The translations under genes were made by a program, and so were the position numbers. Positions 1 through 13,390 of a DNA stretch of 64,000 nucleotides are shown one piece after another. The stretch comes from Myxococcota bacterium (GTDB lineage: Bacteria > Myxococcota_A > UBA9160 > SZUA-336). Every line of letters begins with the position of its first letter. The stretch's first letter is position 1. The notes under the pieces are model-generated. The model was not told the DNA's origin, did no database searches, and saw nothing but the letters and a program-made list of their open reading frames with translations. The stretch lies in the NCBI GenBank assembly GCA_044450765.1, contig JBIOJK010000003.1, positions 19,856 through 83,855 of the forward strand, given 5' to 3'.

Positions 1-709
1 ACTCGGCCGTGAGCACGTCGCCGGGCGCGCCGTGGGCGGCGACCGCGCCGCGCTCGAGTAAGACGATCTCGTCCGCGAAGCGGGCGGCGAGCCCGAGATC
101 GTGAGTCACCAGCAGGATTCCGCGCCCGGGCGCGGCGCACAGCCACGCGCGCAGCCACTCGAAGCAGTAGAGGCCGTGGCCGAGATCCATGTGCGCGGTC
201 GGCTCGTCGAGCAGCCAGGTGTCGACGCCCTGCGCGAACGCGCGCGCGAGCAGGACGCGCCGCTTCTCGCCGCCCGACAAGGTCGGGTAGGCGCGCTCGG
301 CGAGGCCGCCGAGGTCGAGCGCGGCGAGCGCCGCTTCGGTGCGCGCGAGGTCGTCCGGCGACTCACGGCCCAGCGCGCCCAGGAACGGCGCGCGCCCGAG
401 CGCGACCATCTCGCGCACACTGAAGGGGAACTGCATCGCGCTCTCCTGCGGCACGACCGCCAAGCGCTGCGCGACGCCGCGCCGTGTGTGCTCCGCGATC
501 GCGACACCGCCAAGTGTCACCTCACCCGAGTCGGGACGCAGCACGCCGGAGAGCGCGCGCAACAGCGTCGTCTTTCCCGCTCCGTTCGGCCCGACGACGA
601 CGAGCAGCTTGCCGGGGCCGAGCGACACGTCGACGCCGCGCAAGACGCGCGCGGCGCCGAATGCGTGCGAGAGAGAGCGCGCCTCGACCAGCGACTGGGT
701 CACGCCGCG
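1..709 (-). CDS. ABC transporter ATP-binding protein (FepC/FecE/BtuD-like). The protein is complete here, with its GTG start at 709 and its stop just inside the left edge (~101); only the 3' flank runs off the window
   Basis: Reverse-strand translation gives a Walker A (GPNGAGKTTLL), an ABC signature (LSGGE) and a Walker B/D-loop (LLDEPT). The GTG start overlaps the upstream permease stop (GTGA). Confidence 0.8.
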
Positions 710-1666
710 GGCAGTCGGGCGAGCTCACGCCGCAGCAGGACCAGGAACAGGGGGCCGCCGACCAGCGCAGTCAGCGCGCCGACCGGAAGCTCGGTCGGCG
801 CGAGCACGACGCGCGCGAGTGTGTCGGCGACGACCAGGAACGCCGCGCCCGCGAGCGCCGACGCCGGAACCAGCAGGCGGTGGTCGGATCCGAACGCGAG
901 CCGCAGCAGGTGCGGCACGATCAGGCCGACGAAGCCGATCAGGCCGGAGACCGAGACCGACGCGCCGATCATGAGTGCCGTCCCGGCGAGGATCCAGCGG
1001 CGCACCGCCGGCACGTCTACCCCGAGCTGCGACGCCGTCTCGTCGCCCTGCGCGATCAGGTTCAGCGCGTACGCGAAGCGCAGGGCGATCGCGAGGCCGA
1101 GCCCGAGCAGCGCCGCGACTGCCGCGAGCAGCGCCGGCTCGACCGAGCGGATCGAGCCGATCAGCCAGAGGAACACACCCGCCACCCTCGCGAGATCGGC
1201 GGCGCTGGTCGCGAACACGATCAGCGACGACGCGAAGGCGTTGAACACGACGCCGGTCAGCAGCAGGCTGTGAGCGGGCGCGCGCCCGCCGGCGGCCGCG
1301 ATCGCGTAGAGCAAGAGACTCGCGCCGAGCGCGCCCGCGAACGCCACCGCCGGCACCGCCGCAGCGCCGAGCCACAGGCCGCCGCCGAGCGCGAGCGCGG
1401 CGACGCCGCCCAGCGCCGCGCCGCCCGAGATTCCAAGCACGTACGGGTCGGCGAGCGGGTTCTGCAAAAGCGCCTGGAGCAGCGTGCCGGCCGTCGCGAG
1501 GCCCGCGCCGACGAGCGCGGCGAGCAGCGCGCGGGGCAGGCGAATCTGCAGCACGATCTCGCGCGTCGCGTGCTGCGCCGAGCCGACCAGCAGACTCACA
1601 CCCAGAGCGGCGGCGAGCAGCAGCGCAAGCGCGCCCAACAGCGACCCGCGCGAGCGTCGAGTCACG
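700..1666 (-). CDS. FecCD-family ABC permease (iron-siderophore/cobalamin type)
   Basis: C-terminal roughly 320 aa of the 700..2319 ORF. Multi-TM sequence typical of BtuC/FepD. The GTG start overlaps the binding-protein stop. Confidence 0.8.
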
Positions 1667-2516
1667 ACCCGAGCTCCGGGTGAATGCGCGCGCGGAGGAG
1701 CTGGGCGCCCTGCGCGAGCTTCGCGCCCGGCAGGGTCGCCACCCCCGGCGGCACGAGCTCGACGCGCTTCAGCCAGGCAAAGCGACCCCAGTACGCCCGC
1801 GCGGCGTCGCGCGCGGCGGGCCCCTGTTCCTGCCGCGTCGAGTCGATCAGGACCTCGGGCGCGCGCTCGGCGAGTAACTCGAGCGACACCTGCGGGTAGC
1901 TGCGCGCCAGGTCCGCGAACACGTTGCGCCCGCCGGCCGCTTCGATCAGCGCACTCGCAAAGCTGCCGCCGGCAGCGACGTAGAGCGGCTCGCGCTCGAC
2001 GACGAGCGCAACGCTCGGCCGGCGCCGCCCTGCGACGGAGCGCGCGACCCCCGCCAGCTCGGCGCGCACGCGATCGGCCAGCTCGCGGCCCTGCGCGCCG
2101 CGGCCGACGAGCCCGCCCACGCGTTCGTAGTTCGCGATCACCGCGTCGAGTGACCCGCCGGTGTCGATCTCGCGCACGGCGATCCCGCGCGCGCGCAGCT
2201 CCGAGAAGAACCCGGCTTGTGATTCGCTCTGCACGCCGACGACCAAGCTGGGGCGCAGCTCGAGCGTGCGCTCGAGATCCGGCGCGAACAGTCCGCCCAG
2301 CGACGGGATCGAGCCGCATTCGGGAAGCTCGCGCGAGAAGCGGTCGACGCCCACGATCCGGTCGCGCATGCCGAGCGCGAGGAGTATCTCGGTCGTCGAG
2401 GGCGAGAGCGAGATCACGCGCAGCTCACCCGACTCGGCGGTCGCCCGCGCGCCCGCCTGCTCGCGACAGGCCGCGAGCGCCAGAACGAGACAGACGACGC
2501 GGACGGAGGCGCGCAC
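1662..2516 (-). CDS. Periplasmic substrate-binding protein, class III (FepB/BtuF-like)
   Basis: 284 aa with an N-terminal signal/lipoprotein-like peptide (LALAAC) and a BtuF/FecB-like fold. It is the first gene of the three-gene importer operon. Confidence 0.7.
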   Translation of the reverse strand: MRASVRVVCLVLALAACREQAGARATAESGELRVISLSPSTTEILLALGMRDRIVGVDRFSRELPECGSIPSLGGLFAPDLERTLELRPSLVVGVQSESQAGFFSELRARGIAVREIDTGGSLDAVIANYERVGGLVGRGAQGRELADRVRAELAGVARSVAGRRRPSVALVVEREPLYVAAGGSFASALIEAAGGRNVFADLARSYPQVSLELLAERAPEVLIDSTRQEQGPAARDAARAYWGRFAWLKRVELVPPGVATLPGAKLAQGAQLLRARIHPELGS

Positions 2517-2590
2517 GCCGGTGTTCTAGCACGGCGGCGGGGATGACGGAGGCGCAGCCGAACGCGTCCAGCCGCGCCTCCGGACCGCCG

Positions 2591-2938
2591 CTATTTCGCG
2601 GGCTGCGCGGTCGTCTTGCCTTCGAGCGCGACGTGCGGCCGGATCTTCTCCAGCTGCTTCTCGCCGATGCCCTTCACCTGAGACAGGTCCTCGACCCGCT
2701 TGAACGCGCCGTGCTCGGTGCGGTAGCGGATGATCGCCTCTGCCTTCGCCGGGCCGACCCCGGGCAGGAGCGACAGCTCCTCCGCCGTGGCCGAGTTCAC
2801 GTTGACGACGCCGCTCAGCGCGGGGCTCGTGCCTCGCGCCGCGGAGTCGCTGCCGGCCGCGGTGGCCGTGGTGTTCAGGAGCAGAGCCAGTGCGAGCGCC
2901 CCGAGGGCCGCCGCGATTGGATGACGCATGTTGCGCAT
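2591..2938 (-). CDS. comEA: ComEA-like helix-hairpin-helix DNA-binding protein
   Basis: 115 aa with a signal peptide followed by the tandem HhH motif (LPGVGPAKAEAIIRYR...VKGIGEKQLEKI). Confidence 0.8.
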   Translation of the reverse strand: MRNMRHPIAAALGALALALLLNTTATAAGSDSAARGTSPALSGVVNVNSATAEELSLLPGVGPAKAEAIIRYRTEHGAFKRVEDLSQVKGIGEKQLEKIRPHVALEGKTTAQPAK

Positions 2939-2992
2939 CCTCCTCTTGGTGATTGGGGTGAGGCTCGCGGGGTGAGGCGGGGAACTTCCGGT

Positions 2993-4003
2993 TCAGTGAC
3001 TGCGCTCGACCACGAAGTCGGCGAGCGCGTGCATCGCGCGCTTCGCCTCGCAGTCGACGAACGGCTCGATGCGCGCGCGCGCCTGCGCACAGACCTGGCG
3101 GGCGCGTTCGAAGGTGCTCTCGACGCCGTGGTGTCTCGCAACGCACTCCGCGACCTGGCGCACTTCGTCCCGGTCCGGAACGCGGCCGTCGGCGCTCTGC
3201 AGCGCGAACGACTTCAGCAGCGCGGACAGCGCCTCGCGCTCGCCGGTGGAGCAGCGCTTCAAGGTCGCGATCAGCGGCAGGGTCAGCTTGCCCTCCGCGA
3301 CGTCGGTGAGCGGAGCCTTGCCGAGGTCGAGCTCTTGGCCCGCGTAGTCGAGCGCGTCGTCGACGAGCTGGAAGGCGAGCCCGAGCTGCGCTCCGTAGTC
3401 GCGCACCGCGCGGCGCTCGGCGCGGGTGACTCCACCGAGCACGGCGCCCGACTCGGCCGACGCCGCCAGGAGACTCGAGGTCTTTCCGCCGATCACGTCG
3501 ATGTAGGTCGACTCGGTGATCTCCGGGTCGAAGCTGCGCGTGAGCTGGAGCACCTCGCCTTCCGCCATGGCGCGGATGCTGTCGGCGAAGCTCGCCAGGA
3601 TGTCCTGATCGCCGTCCTCGACGAGCGTCTGACACGCGCGCGCGAACAGGAAGTCGCCGACCAGAATCGCGAGCTTCGAGCCGAAGCGCGCGTTCACGCT
3701 CGGCCGGCCGCGCCGCGTCTCGGCCGCGTCGACGACGTCGTCGTGCAGCAATGACGCGCTGTGGAGATACTCGGCCGCGCTGGCGATCTGGATCGCGCGC
3801 GGTCCGCGGTAGCCGCACAGCCGCGACGCCAGCAGCACGACCACCGGGCGAATGCGCTTGCCGCCGCCGCCGAACGTGTGCTCGCCGATCGCGGGCACGA
3901 CCGGCGCAACCGAGCGCAGCGCTTCGCGCATGACGCGCTCGACCTGCTCGAGATCGTCGTGCAGGAACGCGATGATGCGGTCGAGGTCGCGGCTCTCGTT
4001 CAA
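2993..4003 (-). CDS. ispB: Polyprenyl (octaprenyl/heptaprenyl) diphosphate synthase
   Basis: Two Asp-rich motifs (LLHDDVVD and FQLVDDALD) in a trans-IPPS fold, 336 aa. Confidence 0.85.
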   Translation of the reverse strand: MNESRDLDRIIAFLHDDLEQVERVMREALRSVAPVVPAIGEHTFGGGGKRIRPVVVLLASRLCGYRGPRAIQIASAAEYLHSASLLHDDVVDAAETRRGRPSVNARFGSKLAILVGDFLFARACQTLVEDGDQDILASFADSIRAMAEGEVLQLTRSFDPEITESTYIDVIGGKTSSLLAASAESGAVLGGVTRAERRAVRDYGAQLGLAFQLVDDALDYAGQELDLGKAPLTDVAEGKLTLPLIATLKRCSTGEREALSALLKSFALQSADGRVPDRDEVRQVAECVARHHGVESTFERARQVCAQARARIEPFVDCEAKRAMHALADFVVERSH

Positions 4004-4236
4004 CTCGCTTGCCCCTGGGTAGGCTGCCGAGTCTACCCGCGGCCCGGGTTCATGTCAAAGCGCTCACATGGTAAATCCTGTGATATTTCAGACAGTTGCC
4101 GAGTGTTCTCTCCACTCGACGAGAGCTTCGAGCCCGCCCGGCAACGGGTGCCCGCGGGCAAGAGCCGCGTCGCGCCTGACGCCGGCCGGCAGCGCCTGAC
4201 TCAAGCCGCCGCCGCCGCTGGCCGAACCGATTCCGA
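4003..4236. promoter_or_regulatory. AT-richer divergent intergenic region. It probably holds promoters for ispB (leftward) and the 4237 operon (rightward).
   Basis: Local GC drop (tcaaagcgctcacatggtaaatcctgtgatatttcagacagttgcc) containing a TGTGATATT extended -10-like element. Confidence 0.3.
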
Positions 4237-4827
4237 ATGGGCCGCGGCCAACAGGACGAGATCGACGAGGAGCTCGACGAGCTCGATCAGGGCTTGAAGC
4301 GCCTGCGCGTCGAGTACGACCAGTACTTTCTCGGGATCCTGAAGCGGCCGCCCGAGGTTCTGCAGGGCCGGATCCAGAAGGTCATCATCAAGTACGCGAA
4401 TCAGACACTGCGGAAGACACACCACAAATTCCGCTTCAACTCGCTGAACTCGAAATTCCAGGTCTACCGGCAGCAGTGGGGCCGCACGCTGCGGCAGATC
4501 GAGCAGGGCACCTACAAGGGACACCTGTTTCGCGCGAAGCTCCACGAGCGCGAGCGCGGAATATCGGATGAGACGCCGAATCCGCTGAAGCCGGCGGCGC
4601 CGCCGACTGCTCCGCCGGGCGCGATCGACAAGCTCTTCGACGCGCTCGTCGCGGCGCGCAAGCGCGCCGGTGATTCGGGCCCCGCGCCCGACCGCGCGAA
4701 GCTCTCCGAGATCGTGAAGAAGCAGACCGCCGCGCTGAAGCAAAAGCACCCGGGCGCGAAGGTGAAGTTCCGCGTCGCGATCGAGGGCAACAAGGCGAAA
4801 CTGGTCGCGAGCGTCGTGAAGTCCTGA
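4237..4827 (+). CDS. Conserved hypothetical protein, Lys/Glu-rich with a low-complexity Pro/Ala linker
   Basis: 196-aa ORF. GC is lower than its surroundings and it has many AAG/AAA Lys codons, which is unlikely to arise by chance in 72% GC DNA. It is followed within 29 nt by the GT4 gene. Confidence 0.55.
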   Translation: MGRGQQDEIDEELDELDQGLKRLRVEYDQYFLGILKRPPEVLQGRIQKVIIKYANQTLRKTHHKFRFNSLNSKFQVYRQQWGRTLRQIEQGTYKGHLFRAKLHERERGISDETPNPLKPAAPPTAPPGAIDKLFDALVAARKRAGDSGPAPDRAKLSEIVKKQTAALKQKHPGAKVKFRVAIEGNKAKLVASVVKS

Positions 4828-4855
4828 GCCGGACGCTGCGCTAACCTGCGCGCCC

Positions 4856-5965
4856 ATGCGCGTCGCCCTGGTGCACGACTGGCTCACGGGCTTTCGCGGG
4901 GGCGAGAAGGTCCTCCTCGAGTTCGCGCGGCTGTTTCCGGACGCGGATCTCTTCACCCTGATCCACGTCCCGGGCAGTGTGACTCCCGAGATCGAGCGCC
5001 TCCGCATTTCCGCCAGCCCGCTGTCGCGCGTGCCTGGCGCCGCGCGGCACTACCGCAAGCTCCTGCCGCTGTTTCCGTGGGCCGTCGAGCGCTTCCGGCT
5101 CGAGGGCTACGACCTCGTGATCTCGACCAGCCACTCGTTCGCGAAGGGAGCGCGCGTTCCGCACGGCACGCCGCATCTGTGTTACTGCTTCACGCCGATC
5201 CGCTATGCCTGGGACCTCGCCGACGAGTATCTCGGCCGCGGCGCCCGCCGCCTGCTGGCGGCGCCGTTGCTCGCGTATCTGCGGCGCTGGGACCGGCGCA
5301 CCAGCTCCCCCGCGCGCGTGACCGAGGTGGTCGCGATCTCTCACGCGATCTCGGACAGGGTGCGGCGCTGCTGGGGACGCGACGCGAGCGTGGTCTATCC
5401 CGGTGTCGACGTCGCGCGCTTTCGCGGGCTTGAGACGCGCCCCGGCGACTTCTACTTCATGCTCGGTGGGTTCGTGCCGTACAAGGCCGAGGGCCTGGCG
5501 ATCGAGGCGTTTCGCAGGCTCGACCGTCCGCTCGTGATCGCCGGCGACGGGCCGACGCGCGCGTCGCTCCAGGCAGGCGCGCCCGCGAACGTGCGCTTCC
5601 TGGGCCGCGTCTCGGACGCGGAGCTCGACGACCTGTACTCGCGCTGTCGCGCCCTGGTGTACCCGCAGCTCGAGGACTTCGGCATGATCGCCGTCGAGGC
5701 GCAGGCCGCGGGAAAGCCGGTGATCGCCTTCGGCCGCGGCGGCGCGACCGAGACGGTCGTCGGCCCGCGCGACGCATCCGGGCGGACGCCCAGCGGCGTG
5801 TTCTTCGCCGAGCCGACGGCGGAGTCACTCGCCGCGGCGGTGCAGGAGTTCGAGGAGCTCGAGGCGAAGCTCGATCCGCAGGCGATCCGGCTCAACGCCG
5901 AGCGCTTCTCGCTCGAGAACTTCCGCGCGGGAATCGCGCGCGCGATCGAAGGGGTGCTGCAGTGA
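4856..5965 (+). CDS. Glycosyltransferase family 4 (GT-B, group 1)
   Basis: Carries the C-terminal GT4 signature (EDFGMIAVEAQAAGKPVIA) of the E-x7-E type. 369 aa. Confidence 0.85.
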   Translation: MRVALVHDWLTGFRGGEKVLLEFARLFPDADLFTLIHVPGSVTPEIERLRISASPLSRVPGAARHYRKLLPLFPWAVERFRLEGYDLVISTSHSFAKGARVPHGTPHLCYCFTPIRYAWDLADEYLGRGARRLLAAPLLAYLRRWDRRTSSPARVTEVVAISHAISDRVRRCWGRDASVVYPGVDVARFRGLETRPGDFYFMLGGFVPYKAEGLAIEAFRRLDRPLVIAGDGPTRASLQAGAPANVRFLGRVSDAELDDLYSRCRALVYPQLEDFGMIAVEAQAAGKPVIAFGRGGATETVVGPRDASGRTPSGVFFAEPTAESLAAAVQEFEELEAKLDPQAIRLNAERFSLENFRAGIARAIEGVLQ

Positions 5966-7068
5966 CTCGCAAGATTCCCATGGTCGATCTGGGCGCGCAG
6001 ACGGAGCGACTCTGGCCCGAGCTCGAGAAGGCAGTTCAGAGCGTCCTGCGCTCGGGTCGCTTCATCCTCGGGCCGAACGTAGAGGCATTCGAACGCGAGG
6101 CCGCGAACTTTCTCGGCACGCGCTACGCGGTCGGTGTGGGCTCGGGCACGGACGCGCTCGTGCTCGCTCTGCGCGCGCTCGGCGTCGGTGCGGGCGACGA
6201 AGTGATCGTGCCCTCGTTCACGTTCTTCGCGACCGCGGAGGCGGTGAGCCTCGTCGGCGCGACGCCGGTCTTCGCGGACATCGAGCCGACCACGTTCTGT
6301 CTCGAGCCCGATTCCGTGGCGAAGGCGATCAGTCTGCGCACGCGCGCGATCGTGCCCGTGCATCTCTTCGGTCACCCCGCCGAGATGGACGCGATCGCCG
6401 CGCTCGCGCGCGCGCGCGGGCTCGCGCTGCTCGAGGACGCCGCACAGGCGTTCGGCGCGGTCTACCGCGGGCGCAAGGTCGGCGGGCTGGGGAACGCGGC
6501 GGCCTTCTCCTTCTTCCCGTCGAAGAATCTCGGCGCGTTCGGCGAGGCCGGGCTGATCGCGACCGACGACGCGGCGGTCGCCGACTCGGTGCGCAGCCTG
6601 CGCGCGCACGGCTCGCGCGAGCGCTACGTGCACACGGAGATCGGCTACAACGCGCGGCTCGACGAGATCCAGGCGGCGCTCTTGCGCGTGAAGCTGCCGC
6701 ACGTGGCGGGCTGGAACGACGAGCGACGGCGCGTGGCTGCCGCCTACGATGCGTCACTTTTTGGTGTCACCGGCGTGCGGATCCCGCGCATCGCGCCCGG
6801 CTGCACGCACGTCTTCCACCAGTACACCGTGCGCGTGCCGGCGGAGAAGCGCGCGGCGATCCAGCGCGCGCTCGAGTCAGCCGGCGTCGCGACTCAGGTC
6901 TACTACCCGATTCCGAACCACGCGCTGCCGATGTACGCGGGGGGCGCGCCGTCGTTGCCCGAGACCGAGACGGCCGCGCGCGAAGTGCTCTCGCTGCCGA
7001 TCTTTCCGGAGCTCACCAACGCGGACGCGGCCGAGATCGCGCGCCTGCTGGCGGCCGCGCTGCGCTAG
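5962..7068 (+). CDS. DegT/DnrJ/EryC1/StrS-family PLP-dependent sugar aminotransferase
   Basis: ArnB/WecE-like motifs (FSFFPSKNLGAFGEAG with the Lys, and HQYTVRV). The GTG start overlaps the GT4 stop (GTGA). Confidence 0.85.
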   Translation: MTRKIPMVDLGAQTERLWPELEKAVQSVLRSGRFILGPNVEAFEREAANFLGTRYAVGVGSGTDALVLALRALGVGAGDEVIVPSFTFFATAEAVSLVGATPVFADIEPTTFCLEPDSVAKAISLRTRAIVPVHLFGHPAEMDAIAALARARGLALLEDAAQAFGAVYRGRKVGGLGNAAAFSFFPSKNLGAFGEAGLIATDDAAVADSVRSLRAHGSRERYVHTEIGYNARLDEIQAALLRVKLPHVAGWNDERRRVAAAYDASLFGVTGVRIPRIAPGCTHVFHQYTVRVPAEKRAAIQRALESAGVATQVYYPIPNHALPMYAGGAPSLPETETAAREVLSLPIFPELTNADAAEIARLLAAALR

Positions 7069-8591
7069 CGGCCGCGCGCGGTGACCTGCGGCGGTCTGTT
7101 CGGCCACTTCTGGAAGGTGGCGCGGTGGCGGGCGAGCCCGCGCATCACGACCTCGATGTAGACCAGCTTCCGGATCAGGTAGCTGTGAGTCTCCTTCGGG
7201 TCGAGATACAGGTTGTACAGCCGCCCATAGGGGTACTGCTGCAGCACGCCGGTGAAGCCGCCGGGATTCACGACGTCGGTCGAGTCGTCGGAGATCGACG
7301 TGCTCATGTACTTGTACTCGCCTACGCGGATCGCCGAGAGGTGCAGCGTGAGCCAGTAGTAGTGGAACTTGCGGTTCGAGAGCCCGTCGGGCGCGAGCAG
7401 GAAGCTGGTCTGATCGATCGAGTCGACGAAGCGGTCGCCGGGCACGCGGTCGCCGACACCCGCCAGTGTCAGAAACGTCGCGAACAGATCGAGCTGCGCG
7501 AAGATCCCGTCCGAGGCGCGCGGCTCGATCATTCCCTTCCACGCCATCACGCCCGGCACGCGCACTCCCCCTTCCCAGGTCGAGCCCTTCGCGCAGCGGA
7601 AGGGCGTGAACGCGGCGTCGGGCCAGGTCTCCATCTCGGGGCCGTTGTCCGACGAGACGAACACGAGCGTGTTCTCGAGCTGCCCCGTGCGCTCGAGCGC
7701 GCGCACGAGCCGGCCGACGATGTCGTCGAGCTCGATGATCGTGTCCTTGTACGGGTGCTTCGAGGGTGACTTCCCGCGGAACTTCTCGTGCGGGTAGTTG
7801 TCGAAGTGCGCGCCGCGCGTGCAATGGTACAAGAGCCAGGGCTTTCGCTCGCGACTCATGCGCTCGATGAAGCGCTCGGAGTAACCCGCCCACTCGTCGT
7901 CCAGCCGCGAGAGCACGGGAATCGTGACCTCTTCGACTACCTGCGGCTGGCCGCCGCGCTGCGCGTGCACCCAGCACTTGTTGAACGGCTCGTTCTTGAT
8001 CCAGTTCGTGCGCGCGTCGCTGTAGACGATCTCGGGGAAGAAATACGGGTCGCGCCACTCCGTGTACATATCCGAGACGGAGAGAAAGCCGAAAAAGTCG
8101 TCGAAGCCGACGTTTTGAGGCTGTGACTCGAGGTTTTCGCCCATGTGCCACTTTCCGACGGCCTGGGTCGCGTAGCCCGCGTCGGACAGCAGCTGCGCCA
8201 GAGTCACCTCGCCCGCGAGCCCGCCGGGCATGCCGTACATGGGCGGCACCAGCAGGCCGTGCCTCATCGGCACCCGGCCCGTCATCAGCGAAGCGCGCGA
8301 CGGCGTGCAGGACGGCTCGGAGTAGCACGACGTGAGCAGCAGCCCGTCGCGCGCGAGGCGGTCGATGTGCGGCGTCGGCGCGCCGGTCATGACTCCGCCG
8401 CCGTAGCAGCCGAAGTCACCCCAGCCGACGTCGTCCATCAGGATCACCAGGAAGTTCGGCTTGCGTCCCGTGCGCCGCTCGAGCTCCGCGAGCTTCGCGT
8501 TCGCCGCCGCGATCTGCGCGGGATGCCGGAACACGGACTCCCGATTCGGCGCCACTTCGACCGTCGGCGCCGTGATCGGGTCGAACTCCAA
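7065..8591 (-). CDS. Cys-type sulfatase (arylsulfatase family). Start uncertain; probably a TTG at 8591.
   Basis: Sulfatase signature I (CTPSRASLMTGR) and signature II (GKWHMG), plus an LVILMDD N-terminal motif. No signal peptide is visible. Confidence 0.75.
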   Translation of the reverse strand: MEFDPITAPTVEVAPNRESVFRHPAQIAAANAKLAELERRTGRKPNFLVILMDDVGWGDFGCYGGGVMTGAPTPHIDRLARDGLLLTSCYSEPSCTPSRASLMTGRVPMRHGLLVPPMYGMPGGLAGEVTLAQLLSDAGYATQAVGKWHMGENLESQPQNVGFDDFFGFLSVSDMYTEWRDPYFFPEIVYSDARTNWIKNEPFNKCWVHAQRGGQPQVVEEVTIPVLSRLDDEWAGYSERFIERMSRERKPWLLYHCTRGAHFDNYPHEKFRGKSPSKHPYKDTIIELDDIVGRLVRALERTGQLENTLVFVSSDNGPEMETWPDAAFTPFRCAKGSTWEGGVRVPGVMAWKGMIEPRASDGIFAQLDLFATFLTLAGVGDRVPGDRFVDSIDQTSFLLAPDGLSNRKFHYYWLTLHLSAIRVGEYKYMSTSISDDSTDVVNPGGFTGVLQQYPYGRLYNLYLDPKETHSYLIRKLVYIEVVMRGLARHRATFQKWPNRPPQVTARGR

Positions 8592-8592
8592 T

Positions 8593-8997
8593 TCAGGCCT
8601 TCTGCGCGTCGACGCGCGCCTGGGCAAATTCGAGCGCTTCGCGCAGCTCGGCGAGCTGTTCGGCAGGCGCCGCGATCCCCGCCGCGTCGAGCGCCTGGGC
8701 CGCGCGCGCGCGGCGCGTCTCGGCTTCGGCCGCGTCGATCTGCTCGGGTGTCTCGGCCGAGGGCGCGAGCACCGTGACACGCTCCTGTGTCACCTCGGCG
8801 AAGCCGCCGGCGATCGCGATGCGACTCGCGCGGCCCGCCGCCGTGTAGCGCACGACGCCCGGCTTCAGCGCGACGAGCAGCGGCGCGTGACCCGGCAGGA
8901 TGCCGAGCTCGCCCTCGCTGCCGGGCGCGACGACCGAGTCGGCCTCGGTCGCGAGCACCGCGCGGCTGGGAGTCACGATCGAGAGCGACAGAGCCAC
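8593..8997 (-). CDS. atpC: ATP synthase F1 epsilon subunit
   Basis: 134 aa with epsilon-like N-terminal beta-sandwich sequence, lying downstream of atpD. Confidence 0.85.
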   Translation of the reverse strand: MALSLSIVTPSRAVLATEADSVVAPGSEGELGILPGHAPLLVALKPGVVRYTAAGRASRIAIAGGFAEVTQERVTVLAPSAETPEQIDAAEAETRRARAAQALDAAGIAAPAEQLAELREALEFAQARVDAQKA

Positions 8998-9000
8998 GGC

Positions 9001-11291
<2,291 letters not shown>

Positions 11292-11297
11292 GAACGC

Positions 11298-12835
<1,538 letters not shown>

Positions 12836-12839
<4 letters not shown>

Positions 12840-13390
12840 GTAGCGGGCCCCTTCTTGAGAGTTTCCCCGAGCTGTTCGAGCTGCGTTCGAATGCTGCCGT
12901 CGAGTGACAAGTCGCCGATGCGCGCGATCACGCCGCCGATCAGATCGGGATCCACGGCGAACTCGATCTCGACCTCGGCGTTCACGCGCCGCGAGAGCGC
13001 GTCGCGAATCTGGCGCTGGGCCGCGGCGTCGAGCGGCCGCGCCGAGACGACGCGCGCGCCGATCCGTCCCGCTTCGGCGTCGACCAGCTCCTTCAGCGCG
13101 TCGCACAGCGCCCGAAGCAACGCGAGGCGGTTCTCATCGACGAGTATCTCGGCGGTCGCGCGGATCTCGACGGAGAGCCCGAGGCGGTCGCACAGCTCGT
13201 GGACGATCGCCTTGCGCTCGGCGCGCGTGTGGATCGGCATCAAGAGGACGCGGGTGAGCTCGTCGCTCCCGGAGATCTCGACGGCGAGTGACTGAACTTC
13301 GGCGAGCAGGCGCGCGTGCTCCTTCGCGCCGTCCGCGAGGCCGAAGACTGCGCGCGCGTAGCGGCGCGCGATTTCGCCGGCGCCGATCAT
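12836..13390 (-). CDS. atpH: ATP synthase F1 delta subunit (OSCP)
   Basis: 184 aa with a delta/OSCP-like sequence. Translationally coupled to atpF upstream and atpA downstream. Confidence 0.8.

Noticed and set aside
101-1683. Plus-strand ORFs of 390, 211 and 399 aa covering the ABC ATPase/permease region
   Set aside because: They are Arg/Ala/Pro-rich antisense or out-of-frame readings of clearly conserved minus-strand transporter genes, an artefact of very high GC.
1484-3818. 756-aa plus-strand and 430-aa minus-strand ORFs spanning the binding-protein, comEA and ispB region
   Set aside because: They overlap three well-supported genes in other frames. Their composition is dominated by Arg/Ala/Gly with no motifs.
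5452-8328. 416-aa and 483-aa minus-strand ORFs antisense to the GT4 and DegT genes, and a 214-aa plus-strand ORF inside the sulfatase
   Set aside because: Antisense to genes that have strong family signatures, and low-complexity Arg-rich.
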